A stretch of 64,000 nucleotides of DNA, taken from Mobula hypostoma. Lineage: Eukaryota. The notes under the pieces are model-generated. The model did no database searches. It was not told where the DNA came from and saw nothing but the letters and a program-made list of their open reading frames with translations. Position numbers and translations under genes: made by a program. Shown piece by piece: positions 63,500-64,000 of the stretch. The stretch covers positions 74,092,001 to 74,156,000 of the forward strand of contig NC_086108.1 of assembly GCF_963921235.1 (NCBI RefSeq), given 5' to 3'. The first letter of the stretch is position 1. The number at the start of each line of letters is the position of its first letter.

Positions 63500-64000
63500 T
63501 CATAGAGCACTAATAGAGTCATAGAGCACTACAGCACTGAAACAGCCCCTTCAGCCTAAGTAGTCCACGCCAAACCTTTAATCTGCCTACTCCCATCAAA
63601 CTGCATCCAAATCAGAGCCCTCCCATTCATGTACCTCTCCGATATTCTCTTAAATGTTGAAGTCAAACCTGCATCCCCCACTTTTGCTGGCAGCTCATTC
63701 CACACTCGCACAACCCTGTGAGTGAAGAAGTTCTTCCTCACGTACCCCTTAAACATTTCACCTTTCACCCTTAACCCATGACCACTAGTTCTAGTCTTAC
63801 CCAATCTCAGTGGAAAAAGCCTGCTTATATTTACCCTATCTATGCTCCTCATAATTTTGTATATCTCTATCAAATCTCCTCTCAATCTTCTAAATTCTAG
63901 GGAATAAAATTCTAACCTATTCAGCCTTTCCCTATAACTCAGGTCCTCAAGTCCCAGCAACATCCTGGTAAATTTTCTCTGCACTCTTTCAATCTTATTT
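63500..64000 (-). mobile_element. CR1 LINE 3' end
   Basis: QRKFTRMLLGLEDLSYRERLNRLEFYSLEFRRLRGDLIE...NFFTHRVVRVWNELP. Confidence 0.9.

Overview
Eukaryotic, repeat-dense vertebrate genomic DNA. The repeat complement (CR1, Rex1/Babar-type and Tx1/L1 LINEs, Penelope-type hairpins) points to a cartilaginous fish, probably a ray; this is inference. Host genes: three coding exons of a riboflavin-binding protein / folate-receptor-family gene on + (44621-44771, 49411-49510, 62757-62885, continuing past the window). There is also a CpG-island, apparently bidirectional promoter at ~8.45-9.0 kb with candidate exons of an unidentified minus-strand gene. Most of the remaining sequence is nested transposable elements. 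The standout is a Gypsy-type LTR element (10717-17495; two LTRs, PBS, PPT, 5-bp TSD). Its RT/RNaseH/integrase region is replaced by an intronless SUDS3 cDNA that appears to have been fused in frame to Gag-protease, and its leader carries a second host-like fragment resembling the ACIN1 C-terminus. Also present: Penelope-type hairpin repeats with minimal hammerhead ribozyme cores, an adjacent SINE and LINE sharing a 3' tail, a near-full-length decayed Gypsy element with PNMA-like Gag (27219-33936), an ERV env-TM/LTR remnant, and Harbinger, Tc1, hAT and pogo DNA-transposon derivatives. Family assignments come from motif recognition, not database searches. Boundaries of decayed LINEs are approximate.
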